A stretch of DNA of 64,000 bases from the human T2T-CHM13v2.0 reference genome, Homo sapiens (GCF_009914755.1 NC_060934.1), one strand, 5' to 3'; positions 1 through 15,677 are shown, counted from the stretch's first letter. A program made the numbers and translations. Notes: generated from the letters alone by a model not told the origin.

Positions 1-95
1 AAATGTGATCTACTCTATCAACAAGCTAAAGAAGAAAAAAATATGATTATATTAATTGGCATTGGAAAAGCACTTGACAAACTCTAACAGCCATC
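1..95 (+). mobile_element. Old L1 (L1M-type) ORF2 RT fragment
   Basis: Degenerate match to the L1 ORF2 '[17 protein letters not shown]' coding region (gaaaagcacttgacaaa). Confidence 0.5.
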
Positions 96-213
96 ATGAG
101 ACATGACTCTGCCACTAAAACAAACTTTAATTTAAAAAGCTAGAATTGAATTGTTAGTTATTTTCTAAATGAAGAAATAATGTATTCTACAGTACAAGTT
201 TGAATTATATAGC

Positions 214-831
214 TGTTGGGGCTCAGAAACAGATACCCCAAAATATCGCACTTTGACATGCTGAACTGAAGAAGTCTCAAGTTCTCTCTCACCATCTACC
301 CTCCTCCCCACCAACTCCCACCTCTTGTCTCTTAGTTCTCAGTCCCTCCCTAAGCACAGGAAGAAGTTTTTCTCTGAAGTTCATTTATTTGCCTAATGTC
401 CGGACACGCCAAAGAAGGAAACAATCATCTCTGATCCCTTCCCTGAGTTTTCGTTAACTAAACTCATATCATAGGGAGAAAGACAATAGGTCTGTCAACA
501 CACCTGGGCAGACTTTTGTCACAAACCATTGTCTGCTCTGCAAGCCCAACAGACTGTGTCCCAGGCCATTGTGTATTCTTCAAGCCCATAATTCCCCTAA
601 AGGACACTTCTAAAATCATCCTCATTTCTCCATTCTCATTTCCCCTAAGAATAAGATCACGTAACTATCTGTAGCCTATTGCAGGTTGGATCATCTATCT
701 GTGCACGGTATTTCTTCCCTATGCGTGCTAATCAATGTTTATGCCATTTCTCCTGTGAATCTGTTTTTTGTGAGTTGATTTGTCAGTGAAACTTCAGAGG
801 GCAAAGCGAAAGATTTCCCTTGGCCTCTACC
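214..831 (+). mobile_element. ERV1 solo LTR, MER39-like
   Basis: Starts TGTTGGGGCTCAGAAACAGATACCCCAAAATAT and ends TTTCCCTTGGCCTCTACC; 4-bp TSD TAGC at 210-213 and 832-835. Confidence 0.8.
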
Positions 832-2198
832 TAGCTTTCAGGCACTATAGAAAAATATAAAGGTTAAAGAGAGAGGAGATAAAACTTCATGTTTATTTTG
901 GAAATCTGAAAGTTTATATTCACTTTGAAGATATATTAATATTTTCTTTTAGAACTCATATTTGGAAGAATGAACCCTCCCTCCCCTATCCACTAAGTAA
1001 CTGTTTGTTGATCCTGAGAAATGAAGTATTTGAAATTCATTTGTGGAAGTATGTAGTTTATCTAGCATGGCTTCTCCATGCCATGAACCATGGGACAGAT
1101 TAAGGAAGACAGTTTGCCTGCTGAAAATAACATTCACCAAATCAGAGTTTTTCAAACTTGTAGACTGCAGCAGAATATTTTATCTTTAACACTTCCAATG
1201 GGAGATTCCATGAACATAATCATGAAGTATGTATTTAGATAATCACGGAATGTAAATAATAGATGTCCATGTTTTGCCGAGATGAGTCATTAACACCATA
1301 TAATCAGACTGCCTGTCTCTTATTTCACTTTTATCAGTCAAACTTCTAATTATAATTTGAATCCCTGTAGAAATTTGACTACAATATTTAAATATATGTT
1401 TAAGATTTATTAATTTGAAATTAATTAAAATATTTACTTACTATCATTATATTAATGCTTTGGCATTCTGAGTTTTTGAGTTTATGTGTTTGCTTGTATA
1501 TGTCTGGTGAATATGTATTTGCAATAACTGGCAGCAGTATGTTCACTGATAGGAACAAAACTAATGTAAATTGACACACTTTTTTTTCCTTTTATTGGGA
1601 GAAACTAAAGATATTATACTTTTTCACAATCTTTGTGGCTGCTCTGGTACACCTCTGCCACAAATAAAACATTGAATGTTTTGTCAGGTTTAAATGTTAC
1701 ACAGATCCTAGGGGGAGTTACTCTACAGCATCTTCAGAATCATACTACTCATTTGATATGAGAGTCAAATATTGCTATGGAATCAAGACAATGCAAATTT
1801 CCTCCAAAGGTGTGAAAATACACTGTCAAGCAAATTGTTCCTCTTTATCACGTATTATTTTTTTCTGTTCAAATAATCGAAGGAGACATTTCTGGGGTGA
1901 TTTGCACTTATCCTACCTCCCATCTACTTTCTAGTAGATCCTCAAGGAGAATATATGCCACCAGCTGCTTGGCTTTTATGGGTTTGGGGAAAATAAAAAA
2001 GATTCTGAATGGATGTTGGGTGTTAAGTAGACTTTTTCAAGTGTGCTTTGTCTTTGTCTAGAGTCAGATTGTTCCAAGACATCTCCCCAAATGAGAACAT
2101 CTTTGAAGATAGAGCATATCCACGGACCAAAATGTATAACCTGCTCTGTATCATATTATATTTTATTTTTAAAATAAATTAGTTTGAAAAACAATTAG

Positions 2199-2738
2199 AC
2201 ACAGTAATCCCATTACTGGGTATATACCCAAAAGAATATAAATCATCCTATTATAAAGATACACACATGCATATATTCATTGCAGCACTATTCACAACAG
2301 CAGACATGGAATCAACCCATCAATGATAAAGTGGTTAATGAAAATGTGGTACAAATACAACTATGGAATACTATGCAACCATAAAAAAGATTGAGATCAT
2401 GTCCTTTGCAGGAACATGGATGGAGCCGGAGGCCATTATTCTTAGCAAACTAATGCAGAAACAGAAAATCAAATACCACATGTTCTCACTTACAAGTGGG
2501 AGCTAAATGATGAGGATACATTGGCACATAGAAAGGATCAACATTCACTAGGGCCTATTAGAGCTTGGATGTTAGGAGGAAGGGGAGGAACAGGAAAAAT
2601 AACTAATAGGTACTAGGCTTAATAGGTACTAGACTACTAATACCTGGGTGATGGAATAATCTGTATAACAGACTCCCATGACACATATTTACCTATGTAA
2701 CAAACCTGCACTTGTACCCCTGAACTTAAAATAAAAGT
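2199..2738 (+). mobile_element. L1 3' end fragment (L1PA15/16-like)
   Basis: Contains aatcccattactgggtatataccc, the ORF2 C-terminus and 3'UTR, ending gaacttaaaataaaagtt. Confidence 0.8.
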
Positions 2739-3471
2739 TTTTTTTTTTCTTTAAAGAAAACATCTAGTTAACTTCAGGTTCTATAGATATCTATTTGTAT
2801 ATTGCAATGTGTCTATCACATTTACTTTTCTAATTTCCTTAATTTTCTTTTCCTAATATTTTATAAATCAAGATCATATTTACTTTCATATTAAAATTAG
2901 GCCATCTATAGAGAAATGCTAGTAATTATGGCATGAGGCACTGATTCTCTTCTATTAAAATTGAGAATAAAATTGGAGAAAAATGTCAAAAATAAAATAC
3001 TTTGGAACTCTGAAAATTAACCAAAGGCAGAAAACAAACTGATATGTAATTCTTGAAAATTGCAGAAGCATTACTTAAGGATGAAGTGAATCTGTGGACT
3101 GCTTGCCTGGGACTATTTGCATTTATTCCTATATCTCCTTCTAAGTTAGCAAAAATTCTAGTCATACCAGGGTAGATCTGGAGTAAAAAATAGTGATTTT
3201 GCTGGCAAGGAGTTCTGTGAGGGAGGTGAGAATCAATGTTTGAATAGCTAAAAGTGACCAACTTATTTGGAAATGGACAATAAAAATTTTCAGGTTTGTT
3301 AGTTCAACATGGTAATCATACAAGAGGAACAGTGAAAAAAGAAATGTAATCAGAATCACCAGAAGTGAGAGCCCATTGGTCTGATGTAAGTTTTCTATAC
3401 ATCTCTGGGTGAAATGAAACTACACACAAATGTGGGAGATAAGAGAGAGGCCTGGTAACAAATAAAATAAA

Positions 3472-3495
3472 ACCACCACCACCACCACCAACAAC

Positions 3496-3525
<30 letters not shown>
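3472..3525. repeat. (ACC)n(AAC)n(CA)n compound microsatellite
   Basis: Read directly from the sequence. Confidence 0.9.
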
Positions 3526-3526
<1 letters not shown>

Positions 3527-5001
3527 GGGAGACTTCAGAACCATTTGCAACTTTAAACGTGTTCTCTAACCCACACAGATGGAACAATGAACCCAGGCAA
3601 GAAACCTTAAAAAAAATTAGCTCTCCAAACATAATTAAATATGTAATTTTTTTAATTATGTGTCAGAAACAAGCATTTCATTTTATTATTTTTTCTTTTT
3701 TTAAATTAAATCCATGTTTCCATGAAGAAACAGGCATTTTAGAGCAGTAAATAATTTTACCATTAAACACACATAACATGATGGATAGCAACCACCTATG
3801 CAGTGCACACCAATAGCATTTTAAAATTTACCCCCACATTACAACTGAACTTCCTAATTGTTCCTCACATATAGGCTTCAGTACCAACTTGTTTTCATCT
3901 ACTCAAGAAGGTATACACAATGAAAATGAAAGAGAATAACTTTGATAGATATTGAGATTTGTTTGCACGCTTTCACATTTGATACTTCTATTACTAATGC
4001 ATTATTTGTGGCACACTGCAAATTGACTCTTGTATACCATTAGAACCACTGTTTTCAAATAACAATAGTTATTTGAAAACCAAATTTAATTAAGTAAAAA
4101 CCACAGTGTTCTTATAGTGGAAATGGGAAAGCAATGATAATCCCACACCATTATAGCCAAATGCAAAGTTACATCAGAAAAGGAATGAAAAGTTTCCCTT
4201 AATGGAAAGGAGAAAAAACAGCACTTAAAGATTTCCTGTTGATTTAGACATTTTTTTATCAATGATTAGAGAAAAATATAGTATCTCTTCCAGAAGAGTA
4301 TGGGAAAAGAGGATTAGAGGAAACTCAAATTCACTATTTATGTGTAAACATTTGTTCTTCTTACATATAAAAGCAAAACAAGTAATATAAGAAGTTGAAG
4401 AGTCTTCAGAAATAAAGTCAAAGTAATCAGAAGATCAAAGCAAGAGTGAAAAATATGAAAAAAGAAAAATATGACTATTGTACTGGAAATTGAGCAAAAC
4501 AAGGAAATCCATATTAACTAACCAGAATTCCAAGTTGGACCACTATTATATGGCAGCATAAACTTCGCTGGCATATATCACCTTCTACCCCCATTGTGAA
4601 GTCTTATGAGGTGAGGACTGAGTCTTTTTAACTTGTTTTTTCACAATATCAGATTCAAACAGAAGACCAAAAAGCATACCAAGTGTTACAGTAAAAAACA
4701 TAAATATTGGAGATAACACTAAATTTCAAGCTGTAGGCTAGAATAGGTCTCTAAGGAAACTCCTTCACTAATGTTCTAAAAACCTACAGAAAGTGAGACT
4801 TTTCTTCACTATTCACTTGCGGACCTTTTATTTTCCTTCTTCGTTTTCCTAATACTTACTGAAGTCTAACTATGGCTAGGTCCTTAATAAGGTCTTTTAT
4901 TTTGTTCTTTTCTTTAATTATCAATATTTTAACGTAGGTACTAATATGTCCAACTATTTAACAAGAAACCTAAAACGCAGGGAGTTAAACAAATTTGTCT
5001 G

Positions 5002-5305
5002 GGCCAGGCACGGTGGCTCACGTCTGTAATCTCAACACTTTCAGAGTCGGAGGCAGGAGGCTCGCTTGAACCCAAGAGTTCAAGACCAGCCTGGGCAACA
5101 CAGGGAGACCCCATCTCTACAAATAATAATAAAAAAGAATAACTGGGCATGGTGGCATATGCTTTTGGTCCCAGCTACTTGAGAGACTGAGGAGAGAGAA
5201 TTTGCTTGATACCGGGTGGTTGAGGTTGTAGTGAGCCCTGATTGTACCACAGTACTCCAGCCTGAGTGACAGAGCAAGACGTGCCTTAAAAACAAAAGAA
5301 AAGAA
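5002..5305 (+). mobile_element. AluJ
   Basis: Dimeric Alu starting ggccaggcacggtggctcac, with J-type gaggctcgcttgaaccc...gcaacacagggagacccc; heavily diverged. Confidence 0.9.
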
Positions 5306-5396
5306 AATTTGTCCAACGTGATACCTTGTTTTGTTCTACAAAAGTAGAATCTTCTTTTAGACGCAAGACCATCTTCTTAAATGACCTAGGTATCTT

Positions 5397-5400
<4 letters not shown>

Positions 5401-5430
<30 letters not shown>
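5401..5430. repeat. Pure poly(A)30 tract
   Basis: Read directly; no adjacent retroelement body on the + strand. Confidence 0.9.
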
Positions 5431-5434
<4 letters not shown>

Positions 5435-5504
5435 TCTGAGGAGACTAAACAGTATTTTTTGTAACAAAGGAGTGAAAGTAAGAAAAAGATAAGAAACCTG
5501 CCAA

Positions 5505-5814
<310 letters not shown>

Positions 5815-6521
5815 TTACCTCCCATTATACTTAAAAAGGCAAAATGAAACTTGAAGGTATATAGTTATATACTCCTAGTTTTCATTTTATTCTGACTTCG
5901 TGATTGAGAAGTAAAAGAAAACAGAAATAAGTCCTAATGTTTCAATAAAATAGTTTTGCACTTTCCATAAAGATATAGGAGAGTTCTTTCAAACTTAAAA
6001 TACTCCCGTATTATTTTACCAGAGACAATTTAGAATTGTTACGGAGGGATAATTAAAGATAATTTATCCCCTCTTTTCCTTATTCCCTAATTGTAATTGG
6101 AATGCAATGAGGACCAGGATAAAACCTATTTTTAATGATTTAAGATATAGTAAAAATATTTTATTGTATACTTTACTAACTAAAACAGAATTTTACTTTA
6201 TTGATCATTACTTAATACCAACTATGACAAGGCGGACTAAACAGCACAAGCCAAAAGACATTTGGATTTTCTACTGACAACAAACTGAAAATGGATTTGC
6301 TACTTGGATCTGTGCAGGTGTCTGTTTACTCTGCAGGTGTCTGCATGTGTGTTTAATTGATTTTGAAAAAAGTACAGTGCGAGAAGATAAGCAGTAACCT
6401 GAGGGTGAAGTCCCACTAGTAAAGTTATAAATAATAAATTTCTTCCCTTATAATTAATTTAAATAAATATCAACCTGCATTCTTAGTAAAGAAATAAGCT
6501 CAGTAGATGAAAGTGTCTTGT

Positions 6522-6523
<2 letters not shown>

Positions 6524-6570
<47 letters not shown>

Positions 6571-6580
6571 CAAGAGAGAG
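6524..6580. repeat. (CA)n(GA)n microsatellite
   Basis: Read directly from the sequence. Confidence 0.9.
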
Positions 6581-7869
6581 AAAAATCACTTAACTAGGGA
6601 TGATCTATCTGGAAGAAAACATTTAAATGATTGGCTAATTATTAGGCCATTTAAAAGTAACTTAAGATTATTTATTTATGGATATATTGCAGTAGCTTAA
6701 AACTAACATTGAATTGCAAAACAGCGTGGACATAACAAGGTGAGACACAGTTTAATAAAAATAAATCATGACTTGCCTACAGATTTTTATGAGAAAAAAA
6801 TCTAACCAATAAAGTGACTGTATTTAGTTTTGACAATATTGAGTCTTCCTATCCGTGTGTGTAGAGTATCTCTTCATTTATTTATTATTTGATTTTTTAC
6901 TAGAGTTTCATAATTTTTCTTACATACATCTTATGTATACTTTGTTAGATTTATGCCTCAATGTTTCATTTCTTTGTTGCTGCTAATGTAAATGGTATTG
7001 CAGTTCAGTTTCAAGTTCCAGATTTTCATTGCTGGTATGTAAGAGAGTGATTGACTTTTGTATATTAACCTTGTACTCTACAAACCTGCAATAATCACTT
7101 AGTAGTTTTCACCATTATCTCTCTTTTTTTAAATACATCATTCTGTTAATGTTGTATTCAATAAATCTTTGCCCTATCCAAGGTCACCACATTTTTTTTT
7201 AATTTTCACATTTGTATTTTTGATTAATTGACATTATTATAATATGATATTTCTATTTCTTATAATACTTATTCTACAACAAACTTTGATATTAATATAG
7301 CTATCCCCTTTTTTCATTTGTTTAGTGTTTTCATGGTATATCTTTTATCATTTTTGTTTTTCCCTATATATATATTTATATTAAATTCAGGTTTCTTTAG
7401 ATAGTTTATAATTAGGTCTTGCCTTAGATCTAATCTGATATTTTCTTGTTTTAATTGGTGTGGTAAACCATTTATATTTAATATAATTATTGTTGTATTG
7501 AGATTTAAATTTGTCATCATCCTAGTTGTTTTCTATTTGTACCATATCTTTATTTCCTTTTCCTATTTTATTGCCTGCTTTGCATTGAGAATGTTTTATT
7601 TTCCTTTATTGTAACTATCAAAATGCTATGTCTACCATTTTAAAGTATTCTGATTTTTATTCTAAGATTTCCAAATACGTATTTAATGATATTCTACTTT
7701 CAAATATAATACTTCCAGTATAATTAAATAATCTTACATTATACTTCCAATTTTTCCATTCCATCTTTTGAGCTTTTGTTGGTGTATATTTAAAATTTAT
7801 ATATATTATACATCCTCAGTAATTGCTAGTATTTTTTTTTCTGTAGAGAGTCAATTCTCTTTTAGTGTA

Positions 7870-8075
7870 GATGTTTGCAAACTATGGCCTATGAGCCAAA
7901 TCTGGTTGGTTTCCTGTTTTAGTAAGAAAAATATTTGTTAAAATGCAGCCACAGTCTTTAATTTACATGTTTCTGTGGCTAATTTGTGCTGCAATGATAG
8001 AGTTGAGTAGTTGCAACAAAAACTCAGTCGGAAATATTTACTATCTGCCCTTTCTATAAAATGTTTGTCTACCCC
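7870..8075 (-). mobile_element. MER58A-like hAT DNA transposon (MITE)
   Basis: gcaaactatggcctatgagccaaatctgg...atatttactatctgccc...gtttgtctacccc. Confidence 0.7.
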
Positions 8076-8430
8076 AACCTCTTTCACAGTAATTTAAAAT
8101 GATAAAAATATGTATTTTTAATTTATGTTTATTTTAAACAACTTTATAGGTCTTCATTTCTTTTTACAATCCAAGTTTCTATTTTTTTTTTTATCATGTC
8201 TCTTCTGTCTGAAGAAATTTAGATATTTCTTGGTGCAAGTGAGCTGGTAGTGAAATCTCTCCACTACCAAATTACTGCCAAAAAAAGTTTTGATTTTATC
8301 TTTACTGTTGAAAGTTATTTTTGCTAGGTATAAACTCTAGGTTAACTGCTTTGCTTTATTTTGTTTTGTTTTCATCTTTTGGCCCTTTAAAGATGTAAGC
8401 CTACTGTATTCTGGCTTGCATAGCATCTGA

Positions 8431-8819
<389 letters not shown>

Positions 8820-9619
8820 CATGATTTCTCTTTATCTTTGTCTATCAGCAGTTTAAATATAATGTGTCTAAGTTTTTGTTTCTTTATATAAATGTCTTAC
8901 TGATTTTGAAAAATTCTCAGTCATTATTTTTTCAAATATTTTTCTACACATCTCATTCTCTCTTAACCTTCTGGGATTCTAATTGCATATATTTTAGACT
9001 GTTTGATACTGCTCCACAACCCTTGATGCTCTTTTATTATTTTTTTTTACTTTTAGACAATAAATGTATCTATTTGTCTCTTATACCCATAATAATGTGA
9101 GATAGATAGAATGTTTTTGCCTTTTTATCTCTTTGTATTTTAATTTTTAATTTTTATTTTGGTATATTCAAATTCATTGTTTTTTTTTTAAGTTGCTTGT
9201 TTTTACATTTGCTCCTAGTCTGATGATTATAAAATAATTCAGTTTTGTAAATGTCTTGGTTATTTGCCATTCTCTTAATAGTTGGCTATTTTTACTTGCT
9301 TGTTTTGTAAATCTCTTAAAATTTTGTTGAATGCCAGTCATCATAGGCATGATGAGGTAGGAGACTAGAAGAGTAGAGACACAGGTAAATGTTTTCCCCA
9401 GAAATGGGCATGCCTCTCCTTCTGCAATGAATCTGCAATGAATTATTGTAAAGGTCGAGTCACTCTCAGCAAGAGTAGAGTTGGGTGATTATTTTCAGTG
9501 GTTCATCATCACTAGCTTCAATTTTGTATAGTATTATCTTTTGACTAAGTTGGGGCATGTGTTGCCAAAGAACTTTCTCAATATTCCTATTCTGCCTTCA
9601 GCTATCAACCTTTCATGTA

Positions 9620-10660
9620 CCTAGATAACCATATGGAAAAAATGAACTTTATATTTTACCACATGCAAAATAAATTGCAAGTTAGTCATAAACCTAAACC
9701 TAAACATAAAAGCTAAACTCCTTAAGCCTTTAGGAAAAATAAGGAGAAAAAAAGTATTGCTGTGACTTGGTAGTGGACAAAAGTTCTTAAAATATCTTAG
9801 AAACCCATAATTATATAAGAGACCGATAAATTCGATATCGCCAAAGTAACAAATTCTGCTATGAGCAGGCATGATTACCAAAATGAATGCGGATGCTATA
9901 GACAGGGATAAAATATTTACACAACAGATATCTGATAGAGACTAGTATGTAGAAGTTATGCAGAGGATAGAGAGTAATATACAGGAGATATTTAAAACCA
10001 TACCATGATAAGATAAACACTCCAAAAATAGTCAAAGTATTTTAATATACTTCACAAATAAAAATATGTGAATTAAATAATAAACACATAAAAACAGGCT
10101 CGGCCTCACTAGTCATAAGAAAAAAGCAATTAAAACCAGTATGAGGTACCGAAACACAACCAATAGAATAAATAGACTGGCAATACCAAATATTGCTAAA
10201 GGTTATCGATGATGGGAAATAACTCAAAACTCTTATGCATTGTTGATATGAGGGTAAAATTTTATACCTTAGTTTCTTTATAACTAACCATAACCTATAG
10301 TTATACCTATCTTGTCCTTTTATAGATTTGTAAGAGACATTTATATGAATGCTCATTGCTTTATTCATAACAGTACAAAACTTAAAATGGATATGGTATC
10401 CATCAGTAGAATGGTTAAATGTGGTGTAGCATATTTAGTTAATGGAATATTATTTATCAGTAAAAATGTACAAAGAACTGATACATACAACATGATTTTA
10501 AAAATATGCTGGATGAATAAGTCGTACAAATAATGTATGATTTACATAATGTTCTATAACAGGCAAAACGAATGCCAGATAAACATCAGAGCAGTGCTTG
10601 TTCTTGTGGGAGAGGGGTGGCTTGAGAAAAAGCATATGTTAATTTCCTTATCTTGATAGG
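9620..10660 (+). mobile_element. Old L1ME-type 3' region
   Basis: A-rich degenerate ORF2 C-terminal and 3'UTR motifs. Confidence 0.55.
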
Positions 10661-10840
10661 CTGTATTTACTTTTAATCTGATCATAAAAGAGAGTGACAG
10701 GCCCTTTTAGAATCATCCTTCAATTTTCTGGAAATCCCAATAAAACAATGACAATGTATACAAGGAGCCAGAAGATTGTGTCTTTCTCTTAATGGAGTTT
10801 TAAGACTTTGAACACTTTAATTACCTGTTTTATTACCTGC

Positions 10841-11325
10841 TGTAGTAGGCTTAATAGTGGTTGCCCAATAATGTTCATGTCCTAATCCCTGGAATCAGTT
10901 ACTGTGTTATTTTATATAGGAAAAGGAACTTTACAGACATGATTAATTTAAGGATTTTGAGGTGTGAGACAATCCTGGATGCCTGGATTATCCAGGTGGG
11001 CCCAACGTGTAATGATAAGGCTTCTAATGAAAGGGTGGCATGAGGATAAAAACTAGCAGTGGAAGATATGACAATGGCAGCAAGAGGTTGGAGTGATGCA
11101 AGGAAATTACCATAATCCAAGGAATACAGGTGGCCTCTAGAAGCTCAACAAGGAAATAAAATGAATTGTCCCCTTGGTCTCCTAAAGGAACCAGTGCAGT
11201 TGACATTTTGACTTTATCCCAGTGAGGCTGATTTGAAATTTGAATCTCCTAAACTGTAAGGTAAACTTGTGTTCATTTAAGCTACTAAATCAGTGTTAGT
11301 TACAGAAGCAACAACAACCAAATAT
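10841..11325 (+). mobile_element. MaLR LTR, MLT1D-like
   Basis: TGTAG start, gtcctaatccctggaa, tggattatccaggtgggccc, and a typical MLT1 3' end. Confidence 0.75.
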
Positions 11326-13180
11326 ATCTGCCATATTCATGTTTTACTCTGATTAAACTCTAGCTTCAAAGGTGGCATGGGTATCAGGGTTAGAAGAAAA
11401 AAGCAGTGGAATATTGAAGATTTCTATTCTCCTATTTTTCATGATCTAAACAGATTCCATTAGATCATTCAGATAGCTACCTTAGAAGAATTAAATCACA
11501 GAATTATAGTGGGGAAAAAATTTACAGACTGTTTCTTCAAATGTTTCATTTTATAGTTGAAGAAACTGAAACCCAGAGAGGTGAATTTATTTTTCAAAAG
11601 TTTCAAAGGTGCCACAGATTCAGCAACCAGTGTTCTGAGTATTCAGAACGCCCAGTAGGCATCTCCTATAGAAAGAAAAGATGCTGATTTGCAAACTAAA
11701 ATACAGTCTACTTGAAAATTTCATGTTGCCCTTAATTTAGCCTTACAGATACGTGAAGATTGTGAAGACTGAATAAAATGGAGATTTTAAATAAAAGTGT
11801 TTATATAAATTGTGAACTATAAAACAGCTGTTAGATTCAGTACTTTGATTTGTAAATGAAAAGATTTTCCCTTTGGAAACACACTACCCTATAAATTAAA
11901 TCAATTTTGGGGGGAGATATTTTGCCCTTTATTGAACAGATCACGACATTCTTATTAGTAAAGCTGACACATTGCAGACTCTGAGGCATTTATTGACTAG
12001 CTCCCACTTCATTTTCTCGTAAAATGTGTCATCTATTTTTTTCATATATATTAATCCTCAAGATTGAAAAATGTACAAATACTGTGCATTTATCTTTTTC
12101 AGTTAAGGGATATTTGTCAAATTTATATGTTCTCTTTTTGGGGTACTTTTGATACTAATAAAAGTGGCTATCAGTTTTTAACAATGTGTTTTAATGCAAA
12201 TACATCTGTGAAAGTCCATAACATGGCTGCCAAGCTGCTTTAACACCCTGCTGTAAATGACCATGTATGTAAAGTAGTGAATATATTATAGAAATCCTTT
12301 ACATTTGATTTCACACAGGCACACTTTGGTTAACTTAAAGGACAGAGTTTGAAGGAAATGTCAACGTAAGATCAAACAGAAAAGGATATTACAACTTAGT
12401 GTTGACAGAATCCCTCTAAACCCTTTTGAAAGAAACAGTGTCAGCTTTCTGCAAGTAGCTAACCTAATACTGCTTGCTAGTCCCTGATGAATGAAGGATA
12501 GGACTCATAAAATGATCAGGAAAGAAAAATAGCAAATAAAAACCTCTTTTGTCCCAGAGCCCTCACCCTTCTCCTTTCAGATGCTTTATTTTCATTTTTT
12601 GCCTCTGTACACCATCAGAAATACACATATAAATCTTTATGTGTATATATATGTATAGATTATATACATGCTGTGTACATAATACATGTAGCTTGATTCC
12701 ACCAGTAATGATGTATGTATATATGTGTCTGTGTGAGTGTGTGTGTGTGTGTGCCTAGTTATATTGCAGGAGCCACAAGCTAAATATCTACAAAGTTGAG
12801 GTACATAATAATGAGAAAAATGGCTACAATATATACATATTTGTGTGCTTTCTGAGTAATAAAAATTGCATCAAAATAAATCAAAGAGCATGAATGTCTG
12901 TACCATTTGAATCAGGAAACCCTTGCTCAGATATTTCCATATTTGATTATAAGGAATATGTTGCCAGAGAAGCAAAAATCAATGTTTCATGTAAAATCTC
13001 TTGGTTTTTTCACATGGGCCTACCTACTTTTAAAAAAAAGCACTACACTGGGTGCATAGAATATTTCTGACTGTCAAATGCTGCCAAATGTCTGCCAATT
13101 CAATACGTATCAAAACAAAGTAAAATCATATTCTCTCCAAATTGGTTTTATAAATTTAGTGTTATATGACTAAGTCATTT

Positions 13181-13796
13181 TGATGAGAAGAGTCAAACTG
13201 CAAAATATTTGAAGAGATTTATTCTGAGCCAAATATGAGTGATCAGTGGCCTGTAACACACCCCTCAGGAGATCCTGAGAATACATGCCCAAGGTAATCG
13301 GACTACAACTTGGTTTTATATATTTTAAGGAGACATAAAGCATCAATTGATATGTGTAAGATGTACATTGGCTTGGTTCAGAAAGATGGGACAACTGGAA
13401 ACGGGCTTCCAGGTGATAGGTGGATTTAAAGATTTTTTGATGTGCAATTGGTTGAAAGAGTTATTATCCAAATACCTAGAATCAATAGAAAAGAATGTCT
13501 GGGTTACAATAAGGGCTTGTGGAGACCAAGGATTTATCATGCAGATGAAGCCTCCAGGTAGTAGGCTTCAGAGAGAATAGATTGTAAAGGTTTCTTATCA
13601 GACTTAAAGAGTCTCTTCTATCAGTCTTAAAATCTCTGTTTTAATGTTAATGCTGGTCAGTTGTGAGGCATGTCTGACCCTCCACTTCCCATCATGGCCT
13701 GAACTAGTTTTTCAGGGTAACAATGGAATGCCCTTGGTAGAGAGGAATGGTATATTCAGATGGTTGAGGGGCTTATAATTTTAGTTTTGGTTTATA
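13181..13796 (-). mobile_element. MER4-family ERV1 LTR
   Basis: Left end aagagtcaaactg...gagatttattctgagccaaatatgagtga; right end ataattttagttttggtttata. Paralogous to 63784-64000. Confidence 0.8.
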
Positions 13797-14504
13797 GGCA
13801 TAAGGTATTATCTTTTAATTTTAAAAGTCTAAATTAACTAATTTTTTTAGGCTTACGTTAATTAGTAATGGTAAAATTGAGGAGCTATTTGTACACAAAA
13901 ACATTCAGCACCCTTCCAGATCGTTTAACAACTAATTGTTACATTGTTCTTGAAGCCAGTACACAGTTTTCAAACATAATAATCTACTACAAATATAAGG
14001 ATCAGCCTAGTTCTAATACAAAGAAATAGCATTCTAGCCTGGGGTTTGAGACAGTGTAGGGAAGAGACTTGGTTTTGGCAGACAAAAGACATGAGCAGAC
14101 TCCCAATAAGTCTTCTATGTCTGAGCATATTCCCTCCCCTACCTTCTTGCCTCCCTTAACAAGCTGACCCAAGTCACCTAGTAGAAAGCTACCCCTTCCT
14201 AACTTAGCTGACTAGGCTGAATTCCTAACCATAAAAGGAAGAACCTAATCGCTTATCTCCTTGAGTGATGCCTCCCAAGGTTGCTAAGGCAGGACTCTGA
14301 CATTCCTGATAAGAATTTTAGCAGATGCAGTTGAAAACTCCCCACCTCTACATGCTTACACATCACTCTTTCCTCTGACTTAGCTTCCTTAAAATGACAA
14401 GAGCTCAGCCTTTCAGGAAGTTAACACCGGGATCTCTTTTCTAGTTGTTGGTTGTTGTTGTTGATTACCCAAATGTTTATCCTTTGCAATACTGTGGGGT
14501 TTTA

Positions 14505-15025
14505 AAATTATTTTTAATAAGTTTTGGGGGAACAGGTGGTGTTTGGTTACATTAATAGGTTCTTTAGTGGTGATTTCTGAGATTTTGGTGCACCCATAAC
14601 CCAAGCAGTGCTCACTGTACCCAATGTGTAGTATTTTATCACTCTCCCCCACTCCCACCCTTTCCCCCAAGTCCCCAGAGTTCATTTTATCATGCTTATG
14701 CCTTTGCATCCTCATAGCTTAGTTCCCACTTATGAGTGAGAACATACTATGTTTGGTTTTCCATTCCTGAGGTACTTCACTTAGAATAATGGTTTCCAGC
14801 TCCATCCAGGTTACTACAAATGCCATTATTTCATTCATTTTTATGGCGGAGGTGATCCACCCCCCTCAGCCTCCCAAAGTGCTGGGATTACAGGCGTAAT
14901 CCCGGTATTTATATATTACAGTATATATATATCCACAATTCTTTATCCACTCATTGATTGGTGGGCATTTGGGCTGGTTCCAGCATTTTGCAACTGCAAA
15001 TTGTGCTGCTGTAAATGTTTGTGCA
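14505..15025 (-). mobile_element. L1PB 3' end
   Basis: ttttgggggaacaggtggtgtttggttac, an L1PB1-type 3'UTR. Confidence 0.8.
14850..14897 (-). mobile_element. 48-bp internal Alu fragment
   Basis: aggtgatccaccccctcagcctcccaaagtgctgggattacaggcgt; no tail and no TSD. Confidence 0.85.
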
Positions 15026-15377
15026 AGTTTGCAGCTGCTCCCTTGAAATTTCTCAAGCAGCAAACCTATTAAACCTTGTCTGAGAAAAATGTATGTTTGT
15101 CCTGGTGTTAATTTTTATTTACACGAGAGTCAGAGAACTTGGAGGCCCAAGCTGCAGTAACAAGTTGATATGTTTAATAATATAATATGGTTACTAATGA
15201 GGACAAAATGCTTTGTTTATTTGCTCCCTAAACATAGTAAATTCATAAGAATTAGATTATGCTTATATTGGTGGTTTATTGATATTAGAAAAGAGGTGTT
15301 TATTTAAATCTTGGTAAAAGTATTTCAGGCTCATCATTTCATGTATTCTTAATTTGCAGCAGAGAAAGAATATTCTT

Positions 15378-15677
<300 letters not shown>

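Larger units (their letters stand above)
14055..15162 (+). mobile_element. Unassigned ERV LTR-like element interrupted by L1PB
   Basis: TG...CA termini (tgtagggaag...gcagtaaca) and LTR-like composition; family not identified. Confidence 0.4.
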
